Of a DNA stretch of 64,000 nucleotides, positions 35,949 to 45,348 are shown in pieces. The stretch is from an uncultured virus (IMG/VR IMGVR_UViG_3300017732_000002) (Duplodnaviria; Heunggongvirae; Uroviricota; Caudoviricetes). The stretch's first letter is position 1; every line of letters starts with the position of its first letter. Under the pieces are notes generated by a model, which was not told where the DNA came from, ran no database searches, and saw only the letters and a program-made list of their open reading frames with translations. Where the stretch lies: IMG/VR virus record IMGVR_UViG_3300017732_000002. One strand, written 5' to 3'. Made by a program: the position numbers and the translations under genes.

Positions 35949-37795
35949 TTCTTTAGTTTTCTAATTGTGCGTTTAAAGTATGGTGCGTAAATGGTAACAG
36001 GTTCTTCTTTACCTTTTACAGTTATTTTATCAAGTTCTTTTACTTTGATATCGTCAGGCAATTGGTCAAGTGTGTATTGTGAAAGGATAATAGGTGTATC
36101 AAATGTTCTTGTTTGAACTTCAAGACGTGCACCTAGATTAACTGCATCACCGACAACTGAATAATCGAATCTTGCCTCACTTCCCATGTTTCCTACGATG
36201 CATGGGCCAGTATTTATTCCTGTGCCAATTACAACGGGTGGTAAATCATATCCCTGTTCTTTGAGTTCCTTGTTCATTTGTTCAGTAAGCAGTTCAATTT
36301 CCATAGCACTTCTAACCGCCATTTCAGCGTGGTTTGGACAATCCAAAGGGGCATTCCAAAATGCCATCAAACAATCGCCCATATATTTGTCGATGGTTCC
36401 GCCATGTGCAAGAACGACTTTTGACATTGCGTCTAGGAATTTGTTGATAAGTTCAACCAATCCTTCGGGGTCATCTTCTTTCATATACTTTTCGCTTATG
36501 GGAGTGAAGCCAACAATGTCGGCAAAAAGGAAGGAAAGTTCCTTTCTATCTCCACCTAATTTCAATAGTTCAGGATTTTTCTGTAGTTCTTCAACCATGT
36601 CAGGCGATAAATATTTTTGGAACTGTTTCTTTATTTGTTCTTTCAATTGATACGTAGTGAAGTATTTGTTGAAAGATGCGTGACCAAAAACTAACAATGA
36701 GGCAACTGATGAGTAAAAGACATCGAGCAAAATCAAGTTCTCAATCCAAACGTAATACCCCGTATACGCCTGCAATCCAACGACACTTAGACTCCCTATC
36801 CCCGAAAGAACTGTGGGAAGTCTGTAGACCATTGCCAGTATTACTAGAGACGAAAACAGAACAAGAAAAATTTCAAGAAATTCAAGATAGTAGAATCGTT
36901 GTATTTGGAATCCTGTCAAGACGGTCTGAATTAAATTCGCTTGTACTTCATGGGGATACATTGCACCCATTGGGGTTGAAACTGGATTACTCAGACCTGA
37001 AGCAGTCAAACCCCATATAAGGATTTTATCTGCAGGGATTTTGTCCACTGCACTGACACGTTCAAACTGATTCCAAAATGCAATATTAAAGTCTGCATTA
37101 GGTTGTACTGTTAATGGTGGTAGTCTACCTATCCTAACCCATTCTACACCAACCTCAGGCGTAATCTTTATATTGTAGGACTGTTGACCATTCATAACTC
37201 TCAATGTTTCTAGTGCGAGAGAAGGATATATCTGTCCATTCGCCATGACAGCGAGTGGAACTGCACGTACAGTTCCGTCTATAGAAGGTGAAGCACTTAC
37301 AGTACCTACACCGTAAACCGCCTCCTGTAGGGGTTGTATGGGACTAGAGATACCCTCATAACTGTATAACCAGTTTGCAGGGTCACCTTTACCTAACTTT
37401 GCAATACCAATATATGGTGCACTTCCAGTATCTTTTTGATTAGTTGGTGAGGCAGAAAGAAGGGAAAGTCTGTTTCCTAATGCTTGTCTAAGTTCTTCGT
37501 CTTCCCCGAATCTATCAGGTTGTGCAAATGTAGCAGTAAGGACGGAAGGATTTGTTTCGGACGTTTGATTTATCATGTCTGCCCATACGCCTCTAGGGAA
37601 TGGGAACTGTCCGTATTTTTCTAATGTCTTTTCGTCTATGTCAACTAATACAATATCGTCAACCTGTATAGGTTCCTTTTGAGTTTGTAAAAAGTCAAAA
37701 TAGTTGAGTCGGATTGACTCCATGAGAAACGGGTCTGATATACGAAGACCTGCTAGAAGAGCGATGGTTATTAAAACCGTCCACCATTTATACAT
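35945..37795 (-). CDS. CHASE2-domain class III adenylate/guanylate cyclase
   Basis: IVLVDIDEKTL..GQFPFPR, DGTVRAVPL, YPSLALE, TP.G.M.PHEVQAN, 3 TM, FADIVGFT, IDKYMGD, GDAVNLGARLE, VKGK. Confidence 0.93.
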   Translation of the reverse strand: MYKWWTVLITIALLAGLRISDPFLMESIRLNYFDFLQTQKEPIQVDDIVLVDIDEKTLEKYGQFPFPRGVWADMINQTSETNPSVLTATFAQPDRFGEDEELRQALGNRLSLLSASPTNQKDTGSAPYIGIAKLGKGDPANWLYSYEGISSPIQPLQEAVYGVGTVSASPSIDGTVRAVPLAVMANGQIYPSLALETLRVMNGQQSYNIKITPEVGVEWVRIGRLPPLTVQPNADFNIAFWNQFERVSAVDKIPADKILIWGLTASGLSNPVSTPMGAMYPHEVQANLIQTVLTGFQIQRFYYLEFLEIFLVLFSSLVILAMVYRLPTVLSGIGSLSVVGLQAYTGYYVWIENLILLDVFYSSVASLLVFGHASFNKYFTTYQLKEQIKKQFQKYLSPDMVEELQKNPELLKLGGDRKELSFLFADIVGFTPISEKYMKEDDPEGLVELINKFLDAMSKVVLAHGGTIDKYMGDCLMAFWNAPLDCPNHAEMAVRSAMEIELLTEQMNKELKEQGYDLPPVVIGTGINTGPCIVGNMGSEARFDYSVVGDAVNLGARLEVQTRTFDTPIILSQYTLDQLPDDIKVKELDKITVKGKEEPVTIYAPYFKRTIRKLKK

Positions 37796-37800
37796 AGATT

Positions 37801-38289
37801 TTACCTATAGAATATATGTGCGGATATTTGTACTGTCTCGTTTAAATGCTGACTCCAATATGGTTGTATATAATACGCATGATACCACATTGCACCTTCT
37901 GTCAAATCAAAATACTGACCGTCCAGTATTTCGTCTGCAAGTTTTAAACTCTCCGCCCAAGTTTTACTGTCTTTTGGTTTGTCTGATTTGCCATCACAAA
38001 ACCAAGAGAACTGACACATTCCTAATTTAGGAATGGTCTTACCTGTCCAAGAGGTTCGCCATTCTTTTGTTTGATAAACTACTCCACAAATTGAATCGGG
38101 AAATTTATCATGTTCTACACGATTTAAAACTACGTTAGCAACTGCAATCTGTCCTGCAAGAGGTTGATTACCTGCTTCAAAATATATGTTTTGAGCAAGA
38201 CAATGAGTGTCCATCTCTAGTTCTAAACCTTCCACTTTTGTAGCTCCTAAAAGAAGCGCACAAAATACTAAGATATTTATTAGTTTCAT
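37801..38289 (-). CDS. cell wall hydrolase (SleB/Hydrolase_2)
   Basis: CLAQNIYFEA, AVANVVLNRV, FPDSICGVVYQ, CQFSWFCDG, HIFY; signal peptide. Confidence 0.92.
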   Translation of the reverse strand: MKLINILVFCALLLGATKVEGLELEMDTHCLAQNIYFEAGNQPLAGQIAVANVVLNRVEHDKFPDSICGVVYQTKEWRTSWTGKTIPKLGMCQFSWFCDGKSDKPKDSKTWAESLKLADEILDGQYFDLTEGAMWYHAYYIQPYWSQHLNETVQISAHIFYR

Positions 38290-38296
38290 ATACACT

Positions 38297-38336
38297 ATTA
38301 TACCTCAATGTTTGAGTAATTATAAGAGGGTTTTTT
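38297..38336 (-). promoter_or_regulatory. class M promoter for hydrolase-cyclase
   Basis: AAAAAACCCT-CTTATA-N18-TATAAT-N7-ATG. Confidence 0.65.
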
Positions 38337-38338
38337 AT

Positions 38339-39007
38339 TTAGTTGCCCTGAGAAACGTTTATACTGCAACCACCTACTGTATGGCAGGTATTTGTTATAT
38401 TGTATGACTGATTAGTCGAACCTTGTTGTAATAGATTTAAATTAGTATGTTCTGAACCTTGTAGTGTTATTCTTGCTTGATGACTACCACTTCCTTTTTG
38501 TTCAATATCTGTGATTGAATCATGTGAATTTTGATAATAGTATATGTGTGCGTAATGACTTCCTGAACCTTCTTGCCAGTTTTCGTGTTCTACACCATTA
38601 ACGTGAATGTCTAAATTGAATTCGTGAGTTCCATTTTGGTAAACGTCAACTTCGTTATTGTTACCCCATATGTGTCTACCGTATGTAGCACCGTCAATCT
38701 GTGTTACTGTTTCTGTGTTACCAGTACCGTCAACATCACCACCCCAAGTTCTTCCTGAACCCCAGTATGATACCCAAGAGATTGAGTTACCATTCCCTGA
38801 TTGGGATAGAGTAAAAGTGTTGTTAGCATGTGCAAAAGTAAAATCGATATGGTTATCATATCCTATCTGCGTAATGTTAACATTTGCATTATCACCGTCA
38901 GCAACTTGGTCTATGTGCACATGATTATGTTCGTCACCAGCAAAGCACTGTCCTACAAAGAACAATAAAATTACTGCAATCCCTAAATGAGTTCCAGTTA
39001 TTTTCAT
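38339..39007 (-). CDS. curlin-repeat protein (CsgA/CsgB-like)
   Basis: Signal peptide; repeats N-x-V-x-I-x-Q-x-G-xx-N (NVNITQIGYDN, TFTLSQSGNGN, NLLQQGSTN); track start 39046. Confidence 0.75.
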   Translation of the reverse strand: MKITGTHLGIAVILLFFVGQCFAGDEHNHVHIDQVADGDNANVNITQIGYDNHIDFTFAHANNTFTLSQSGNGNSISWVSYWGSGRTWGGDVDGTGNTETVTQIDGATYGRHIWGNNNEVDVYQNGTHEFNLDIHVNGVEHENWQEGSGSHYAHIYYYQNSHDSITDIEQKGSGSHQARITLQGSEHTNLNLLQQGSTNQSYNITNTCHTVGGCSINVSQGN

Positions 39008-39144
39008 TCTTGATTGTGACGTGGGTCTTGTTGTTGTTTTATCCACTCTTCTATTCTTTTTTGTTGTTCTGCAATTGTTTCTGCTTGGTCTTTAATTTTC
39101 TTTTCTTGAAATCTAAGTCTTTGCTGTTGTTGTTTTTGGCTCAT
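39004..39144 (-). CDS. small Gln/Lys-rich coiled-coil protein (46 aa)
   Basis: Hand-found ORF MSQKQQQQRLRFQEKKIKDQAETIAEQQKRIEEWIKQQQDPRHNQE; TAATG and ATGA coupled. Confidence 0.55.
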   Translation of the reverse strand: MSQKQQQQRLRFQEKKIKDQAETIAEQQKRIEEWIKQQQDPRHNQE

Positions 39145-40277
39145 TAATTTTGTTGTGTAATAATAATATTGATTGCTTGGTCGCCACCCATATTAATTAC
39201 ACTCTCCTTTTCGTTAGTTACGGTCACTATTTGTGCCATTGCGTCTACTGGTAATTTAATACTTATGGTTCCGTTTACTTCACGATAGAACGTAACCAAT
39301 CCACTTCCTGTATCAACTATTGTATTGTACTGCGTGTCTTTATCAAAACCTATAGCAGTACCTTCTATTCCAAATGTATTTCCACCACTGTCTGCAGTTC
39401 TGTTTATCCCTACTTTCCTATCTAACTCTTCTACAATATCAAGTAAGTCCTGTAAAAAGTCAACATCTAATAGGTCTATATCTAATTCAGTAAATTCTAA
39501 TTCACCTTCTGAGTCTTTCAATGCGTCTGCATCAAGACCGTCAAACTCTAAAAAGTCTACGTCCAAGATACCACCGTCATTTGATTCTGTAGCAGACTCC
39601 TCTATCACCCTAGAAATATCTTTGGGTTGACTCACAATAAACATATTATTAATCAAACTTGATGTAATATTGTTTATTACTACAGGTGCAGTTGGGTATG
39701 AATTTAAAGTAGATACCATTGTGGCTTGATATGCTTCTTCTAATACTACGTCTGTACCCGATTCATTACTAACTGTAATCGAACCTGATGCGTCACCATT
39801 TGCGTCAGGCAAAAGTATAATAAGACTTCGCCCGAGTTCATCGATGGTTGTCGTAAAATCTGTGCCATTAATCGCTATGTTAGCAGTTGGCGTAGAAATC
39901 GCAATGTTCGATTTATTCATTTTACCTAGTTTACCTGAGGCAAAACGAGCTGTACCCATTACCATTCTCATCGACATTTTCGATAAGTCGGGATTAGGGT
40001 CATAATATACTTCGTCTATGTAGACCAGTGTATGTTCTGTTAATGCAAGTTCTTCTTCGTCTAAGAACTCAATTAGCATTCTCCCATTCCCAGTTTCCGC
40101 CTCGTCATAGAGGTTTATACTAGGAAAATCAGTAGAGGGTATTTTATTACCTTCTCTGATAATGTTTCCAATACCAGTTTGTTCGACTATGTCTCCTATC
40201 GTATCCGCATAAGAGGGATACGACAGAAGTATAGCACTAATCGTTAGTATCTTTTTGGTTAATTGTAACTGTAGCAT
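39144..40277 (-). CDS. exported FecR-domain protein with acidic C-terminal region
   Basis: Signal peptide; YDEAETGNGRMLIEFLD..LTEHT..ID..YDP..GTARFASG..TPTANIAINGTDF. Confidence 0.85.
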   Translation of the reverse strand: MLQLQLTKKILTISAILLSYPSYADTIGDIVEQTGIGNIIREGNKIPSTDFPSINLYDEAETGNGRMLIEFLDEEELALTEHTLVYIDEVYYDPNPDLSKMSMRMVMGTARFASGKLGKMNKSNIAISTPTANIAINGTDFTTTIDELGRSLIILLPDANGDASGSITVSNESGTDVVLEEAYQATMVSTLNSYPTAPVVINNITSSLINNMFIVSQPKDISRVIEESATESNDGGILDVDFLEFDGLDADALKDSEGELEFTELDIDLLDVDFLQDLLDIVEELDRKVGINRTADSGGNTFGIEGTAIGFDKDTQYNTIVDTGSGLVTFYREVNGTISIKLPVDAMAQIVTVTNEKESVINMGGDQAINIIITQQN

Positions 40278-40962
40278 TATCAGAACTCAACTGTAAGTCA
40301 ATCTTGCCTGGGCATGTTTTATTTCCACATGTACCTGACTGTTGAATAATATCCATATTGATACTATCACCCGTATGAACCACTTTTAATTCATGGTCAG
40401 ATGCGTCAAGTTGTTTTGTGTCAACGTTATTACTGTCACCAGTAATTTCCATTTCCCATTTAGCTTGGTCTGAATCTATGTCTATAAAGAAATCGTTTGA
40501 ATCTCCTATTAGCGTTAAATCAAAATCCAAATAGTTAGCACTAGCGGCATAACCTTGGTCATAATCCCAAGTGTTACTGCTACCTGTAACTGCGACATTG
40601 ATGTTTGAGTTATCAGAATCACCAGTATCGCCTATATTCCAATCAAAGATATTACTGTCACCAGTGAATACCATATTAATGGTAGAACTATCTAACACAA
40701 CAGGCCCGAATAGTTGGTTGCTGTTACCGATTTGGTCAAGGTTGAACGTATTCGTTGTACCTGTCAAAATCATATCAGTAGCAACCTGACCGTTTACTAT
40801 AGTTCCACCGAATTTATTTCCGTAACCAACTTGGTCAATCGTTAATGTTAACGTATCACCTGATTGTTGCAAAAATATTTCGTTGTCGTCATCAGCTAAA
40901 AGAGGCATTACAGACATTGCAAACAATAAACCTAAACATAATTTTAGTTTATTCATTTTCAT
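40237..40962 (-). CDS. curlin-repeat protein (CsgA/CsgB-like)
   Basis: Signal peptide; DNEIFLQQSG, IDQVGYGN, LDQIGNSN, then repeated xTGDSN; track start 41007. Confidence 0.75.
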   Translation of the reverse strand: MKMNKLKLCLGLLFAMSVMPLLADDDNEIFLQQSGDTLTLTIDQVGYGNKFGGTIVNGQVATDMILTGTTNTFNLDQIGNSNQLFGPVVLDSSTINMVFTGDSNIFDWNIGDTGDSDNSNINVAVTGSSNTWDYDQGYAASANYLDFDLTLIGDSNDFFIDIDSDQAKWEMEITGDSNNVDTKQLDASDHELKVVHTGDSINMDIIQQSGTCGNKTCPGKIDLQLSSDNATVTINQKDTND

Positions 40963-41857
40963 ATTCGTCTTTATTCTCCTCGATGGCATGTCTTTCATTA
41001 CCGCCATCTATTTTATGAGGGTGTCTATGTCGGCCGTCAATTGTCCAGTATTTTCTATCGTGTCCTTGATAAATCATTTCTAGAACAGCAGCTTCTATAG
41101 CAGCCCTCGTTGCAAAAGTCACCGACTCATTCTCTGTCACACCGTCCTCAATTTCAATGAGTTGGGTATCCATATCTACAAATTTAAATACATCGAATCC
41201 TTGCGATACACTTAGTACAGTCTTCTTGGTCTGAACGTTCATAAGAACTTCACCAGTAAGTGTACTAACTGCTCTTAAAGAAACGACAATCGTATCTCTA
41301 CGATAAGCAGTCGAGTGTCCAATCCCTAATGTTCTTGCACCTCGGCCACCAGTTTCCATATTGGTATCATACCCTATAATTCCACCTTCGAGTATGATGC
41401 CAGCAAATAAAAGAGGTTGAATAGTTTCTTTACTTTCACCCTCTTCTTGAAATTGTTCTCTTGTACTTCTGACTATTTGTCTTTCACGTACAAGATTATC
41501 TAATCCTTCTCTTTCAACTACACGGAACCAACTTCCACCCCCTGCAGTTTTGAGTGCGTCTATCAACATTGCAGTCACTCCTTGACTGACTGCTGTACTA
41601 AATGTTGCGACACCGTCTTGTCTTTTTCTTTGTCCTGTTAGGTCTTTAAACCCATAAACAGCAACCACTGGCATAACCTCAGCGGCTGGTAAATCTAATA
41701 ATAATGCATATGCTGGAAGTTTGATTGCTTCAGGCTCTTCAATACATTCTCCGTACTCATTCATTATCAGAGATGTACAGGAATCTTTCATGTGCGGTAT
41801 CCCTGCACAACTAGATAGCAAGAGTCCGAGCACTCCAACTAATAAAAGATTCTTCAC
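40949..41857 (-). CDS. csgG: curli secretion pore CsgG
   Basis: Lipobox LSSC; VAVYGFKDLTGQRK, FSTAVSQG, WFRVVEREGLDNLVRERQIVRSTR, EGGIIGYD, GG.GAR.LGIG. Confidence 0.95.
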   Translation of the reverse strand: MKNLLLVGVLGLLLSSCAGIPHMKDSCTSLIMNEYGECIEEPEAIKLPAYALLLDLPAAEVMPVVAVYGFKDLTGQRKRQDGVATFSTAVSQGVTAMLIDALKTAGGGSWFRVVEREGLDNLVRERQIVRSTREQFQEEGESKETIQPLLFAGIILEGGIIGYDTNMETGGRGARTLGIGHSTAYRRDTIVVSLRAVSTLTGEVLMNVQTKKTVLSVSQGFDVFKFVDMDTQLIEIEDGVTENESVTFATRAAIEAAVLEMIYQGHDRKYWTIDGRHRHPHKIDGGNERHAIEENKDEYENE

Positions 41858-42348
41858 TAAAAACCCCCAGTACCAATTGGAATTTCAATAGTTGTTGTAG
41901 TTCCGTCACTACCGACAATTGTCATTACAATCCAATCGTCACATAGTCCGTCATCAGTACATATGTTCTTCCTTTCGTAAGTAATTGTATTTCCTTCCAG
42001 TGTAAACGTTCCGTAGTTTGCACCTTCTTCGTTTGAGAACATGTTTTCAACTAACTGTTTTGATAGCTGAGCATAGATTCTCGATTCCAAATTCCTTATG
42101 AATTTGGCTAAAACTGTATTTTCTGCTTCTCTTTGCTGTTTCAAAAGAGCTGCCCTAATGTCCTCAGCAATCTTGTCTGTCCTAGACTTCTCCTGATTCT
42201 CAATTGTCAAGTAATGGGCAGAAGTTCCCACGCCACTAAAGCTGGGGTTTTTAAATTTATGTACCAGTTCGTCTGATTGTACTGTCGGAGAAATGACACA
42301 TAGTGTTATCATTGCAAATGTTATACCAAAAATTTTACTTCTTTTCAT
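41857..42348 (-). CDS. csgF: curli assembly factor CsgF
   Basis: Signal peptide then ELVHKFKNPSFSG; FIRNLESRIYAQLS; adjacent to csgG. Confidence 0.88.
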   Translation of the reverse strand: MKRSKIFGITFAMITLCVISPTVQSDELVHKFKNPSFSGVGTSAHYLTIENQEKSRTDKIAEDIRAALLKQQREAENTVLAKFIRNLESRIYAQLSKQLVENMFSNEEGANYGTFTLEGNTITYERKNICTDDGLCDDWIVMTIVGSDGTTTTIEIPIGTGGF

Positions 42349-42631
42349 TTGTTACCTCTTCGAGTGCCTGCTTTTCTTTTGCGTCCTGCAAAAGTTCTTG
42401 GCGCTCACGATATTCCAAAACAGTGTTCACCTTTTCTTGAAGACGAAGCATGTCTTGGTCTAGCATTCTTAGCTGGTCAGTCAATTTTATACTTGCTGTA
42501 AACATGCGTCCGAGTGCTGGTTTAACTTCAATGGTAATGAATTTCCAAACATACCATATGAAGTATCCCATACCCATAGACATTACAACTGGAAACCCAA
42601 ACTCTGCGATTAATTGAGCAAGATTTTCCAT
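42335..42631 (-). CDS. small single-TM membrane protein (paralog of next gene)
   Basis: IAEFGFPVV..GYFIWYV TM then coiled coil. Confidence 0.7.
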   Translation of the reverse strand: MENLAQLIAEFGFPVVMSMGMGYFIWYVWKFITIEVKPALGRMFTASIKLTDQLRMLDQDMLRLQEKVNTVLEYRERQELLQDAKEKQALEEVTNEKK

Positions 42632-42635
42632 GGTC

Positions 42636-42929
42636 TTAGTCTCGTCTGGCGTCTATACTTCCATCCTCAACAAAGTTTTCTGCTCTAGCAACACGGTCAA
42701 TTGGTGGTGCTAGTTCTAATGCACTACTTACTAATAAATCTATTTTAATAATATCATTATTCATAACACGTGCTCGTGTTTCGAGCATGCTTATAATGTT
42801 TTCGGTGGACGAAATCTGACCCAGTACAGACTCAAAAATATATTTTAAGGTCAGATAGATAAAGAAAGCCATCACTACCGCAGTCCCGATAGGGATTCCG
42901 ACTTCACTTAAAAATTGAAATATGTCCAT
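42636..42929 (-). CDS. small single-TM membrane protein, first gene of curli operon
   Basis: LSEVGIPIG..AFFIYLT TM then coiled coil. Confidence 0.7.
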   Translation of the reverse strand: MDIFQFLSEVGIPIGTAVVMAFFIYLTLKYIFESVLGQISSTENIISMLETRARVMNNDIIKIDLLVSSALELAPPIDRVARAENFVEDGSIDARRD

Positions 42930-42951
42930 ACGACTATTTATAGATATGGAC
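42924..42951 (-). promoter_or_regulatory. late promoter TATAAATA (42935-42942) inside a start-codon-occluding hairpin
   Basis: GTCCATA-N14-TATGGAC; TATAAATA-N5-ATG. Confidence 0.7.
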
Positions 42952-42996
42952 GGTTGGAAGTTGTATTTAGGGCAGAATAATTTCCACCCTTAATAC

Positions 42997-43269
42997 TTAT
43001 TTTTTTCTGATTTGTTTGATAATCTCAGACTTGGTTTTGGAAGGTGTAACAACAATGTTGTTGTTTTCCGCAAACTCAATAAGTTCTTTTTTAGTAAACT
43101 TCATAAGTTTGTTAGCAGAAGGCGCTTTAAAAGTTGGTTCTTCTGCAGGTGCTGGTGGTTTACCCACTGCACTATCAATCCAACCATACTTATCGTTTAA
43201 AACGAATAGTACAGGTACTGCGATAATCAAAAGTATCACCCACGTAGATAGTTCCATGATATTCTCCAT
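42997..43269 (-). CDS. membrane-anchored protein with C-terminal Rho-N/HeH-like domain
   Basis: TM then LMKFTKKELIEFA..NI..SKTKSEII. Confidence 0.6.
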   Translation of the reverse strand: MENIMELSTWVILLIIAVPVLFVLNDKYGWIDSAVGKPPAPAEEPTFKAPSANKLMKFTKKELIEFAENNNIVVTPSKTKSEIIKQIRKK

Positions 43270-43285
43270 TATTTAATTATATTTA

Positions 43286-43480
43286 TTACACTAAATTCTC
43301 TTCTTTGCAAAGAGTATAAATTCCATAAGCTAAAGCGGGCCAAGCCAATAGTTTAACAATCGGTGCAGCTACGAGCACTAACACTGATATTGCTATAATC
43401 GTAGCACCGTCCCATGAGGTACGTTCTCCGATTCTTGATTTTACCCAACTCATTACTAAATCTAGTTTTGCTTTTAACAT
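43286..43480 (-). CDS. small membrane protein
   Basis: ERTSWDGA followed by two hydrophobic segments. Confidence 0.65.
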   Translation of the reverse strand: MLKAKLDLVMSWVKSRIGERTSWDGATIIAISVLVLVAAPIVKLLAWPALAYGIYTLCKEENLV

Positions 43481-43489
43481 AGATTCTCC

Positions 43490-43720
43490 TTATTTTTGAG
43501 ATTGAAGGTCTTCTACTTTAGACTCTAAAACCTCAATTCTTTTTTTGAGCAGTGGATACTTCTCAAACCACCTCTGCTCTTGTTTAATAATATCTAATCC
43601 AATTTTCTCTTCACACCACTTGTCTACTTTTAGTAGAGTCGGCATCATAAAGTTGAATGCTCCAGTTGTTGCTAACTTAAGCACGATATTCTTTAAAATC
43701 GTTAAAATAAATCCAAACAT
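43490..43720 (-). CDS. hypothetical late protein
   Basis: GATAAATA at 43741-43748 upstream. Confidence 0.6.
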   Translation of the reverse strand: MFGFILTILKNIVLKLATTGAFNFMMPTLLKVDKWCEEKIGLDIIKQEQRWFEKYPLLKKRIEVLESKVEDLQSQK

Positions 43721-43747
43721 GTAATGTATCCTTGTAGGGATATTTAT

Positions 43748-44176
43748 CTATTCGGGTGCTTTATTGTTACCGATATTGTATTTAGGTGTGAGAATCCATT
43801 CCTTTTTCTCTTTAAAAGGAATGATTTTAATCTGTGATAGAGGTGCGGTAGGTTCTTTGATACTGTCAGGATTCAATACTTTAAGTAGGCTCCATTGTTG
43901 TAGAAGGTTGATAATGGTATTCCTTCTACCAATATCATTCTCGTCTAGGTTACTAGGTTTACCGTCCAGTATGAATAGTTCTTTGAAGTGGGTTATGTAA
44001 TACTTCCCACGTTTGTGTAGGATATGGCAAGACTGATATAACTCTTGTTCTTTACGTGACGCTACACCAATCCTAGTGAGAGTCTCACGTATCTTTAAAA
44101 AATCGTCTTTTTCGGGGAATGTAACTTCAATTAAGTCTTTGACTTCATTCTCATAACTTTCCATTATCCTTGCCAC
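43748..44176 (-). CDS. regA: translational repressor RegA
   Basis: DDFLKIRETLTRIGVASRK, LYQSCHILHKRGKYYITHFKELF. Confidence 0.97.
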   Translation of the reverse strand: MARIMESYENEVKDLIEVTFPEKDDFLKIRETLTRIGVASRKEQELYQSCHILHKRGKYYITHFKELFILDGKPSNLDENDIGRRNTIINLLQQWSLLKVLNPDSIKEPTAPLSQIKIIPFKEKKEWILTPKYNIGNNKAPE

Positions 44177-44549
44177 CTTTTGTCATTCTTTTTTTCAATT
44201 CACGAACCTGCTTATCAGTAAGAACTTCCAAATATTCCTTTGCTTTTAAGTTACTTACTTGATAGTAGTCCTTGATTGTATCTAACTTTTTACTAATATA
44301 GGGTTTAGACCAAGTTGAAAATCTTTGTCTTTTCCTTAGTATATTTAGATAAAAAAGGTATTGAAGGCGGTTATCTACACCATGACGTATGTTCATTTCA
44401 TTTGCAAAATAAACTGCGTCTTGGTGATAGGATAATGCTTTATTAGTTATGAATGGTGCATACTGCTTCTCAGCAATATCGTCCACCATAATATCTTTTT
44501 TGGTATGGGATACAGATTTAACAAAATCAAACGGATTAGTTTTCTTCAT
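44151..44549 (-). CDS. gp62: clamp loader small subunit (gp62)
   Basis: YAPFITNKALS, ANEMN, QYLFYLN.LRKRQRFS; synteny 44-62-regA. Confidence 0.93.
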   Translation of the reverse strand: MKKTNPFDFVKSVSHTKKDIMVDDIAEKQYAPFITNKALSYHQDAVYFANEMNIRHGVDNRLQYLFYLNILRKRQRFSTWSKPYISKKLDTIKDYYQVSNLKAKEYLEVLTDKQVRELKKRMTKGGKDNGKL

Positions 44550-44821
44550 GCAGTGTGACTTCTAAAAGAATCTACAAGGTCTTCACCTTTCAATTCTTCT
44601 CCAAATTTGTATACCTCTTTTCCATTTTGTTCTCTTATGGTTACGCCACTGTTATATGTAATATCAGTAACATAACCGTTATCGAGAAATTTTTCGGATT
44701 CTTCTGTTTCATAGAACATGGAATACAACCTATGTATTTGTAAGGTATGTACTCCTTTCGCCCACTCTTCTGCTTCGAGAAGTTCTCGTTGACGTTGTAC
44801 TATTTCATCAAACTCACTCAT
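44546..44821 (-). CDS. hypothetical protein
   Basis: Likely start MSEFDE; track start 44848. Confidence 0.6.
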   Translation of the reverse strand: MSEFDEIVQRQRELLEAEEWAKGVHTLQIHRLYSMFYETEESEKFLDNGYVTDITYNSGVTIREQNGKEVYKFGEELKGEDLVDSFRSHTA

Positions 44822-45348
44822 GCAACGAAATCGTCTCCTTCGTTCCATTCACAACCAGTCAATCCACCAGCTTGAATTGCTTTCAAAGTTCTAAGAACTT
44901 CTTGAGCATTTCTACCAGTAGATAATCCATTGACTGATACGTGTTGAATGACTCTATCTTTATCAAAGATAAATGTTGCACGATTACAGACACCTTGTTC
45001 TTCATTGACAATGCCAAGTTCAGAAGATAATTTGAGTCCACAATCAGCCGCAAGTGTGTGTTTGATTTCTCTAATAACACCATTCGCTTGTTTCCAAGCA
45101 GACTTACAGAATTCATTATCACCTGAAATACCAATCACGTTTGCATGGTCAACTAATATGTCCATACCAGCAATCTCAGTTGGACAGATAAAAGTAAAGT
45201 CTTTTGGATAAAAGTAAACTACTGTCCACTCATGTTTGAGTGGCGTATAACCCTCAGCGATTTGAACTTCAACGAAGTCATTGTTAGCGTCAATTCCATT
45301 TAATTTTACAGGCGGGAATTGGTCACCTACAGTTAGCATTCCTAACAT
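44818..45348 (-). CDS. ahpC: peroxiredoxin (AhpC family)
   Basis: YFYPKDFTFICPTEI, RATFI, GRNAQEVLR. Confidence 0.92.
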   Translation of the reverse strand: MLGMLTVGDQFPPVKLNGIDANNDFVEVQIAEGYTPLKHEWTVVYFYPKDFTFICPTEIAGMDILVDHANVIGISGDNEFCKSAWKQANGVIREIKHTLAADCGLKLSSELGIVNEEQGVCNRATFIFDKDRVIQHVSVNGLSTGRNAQEVLRTLKAIQAGGLTGCEWNEGDDFVA

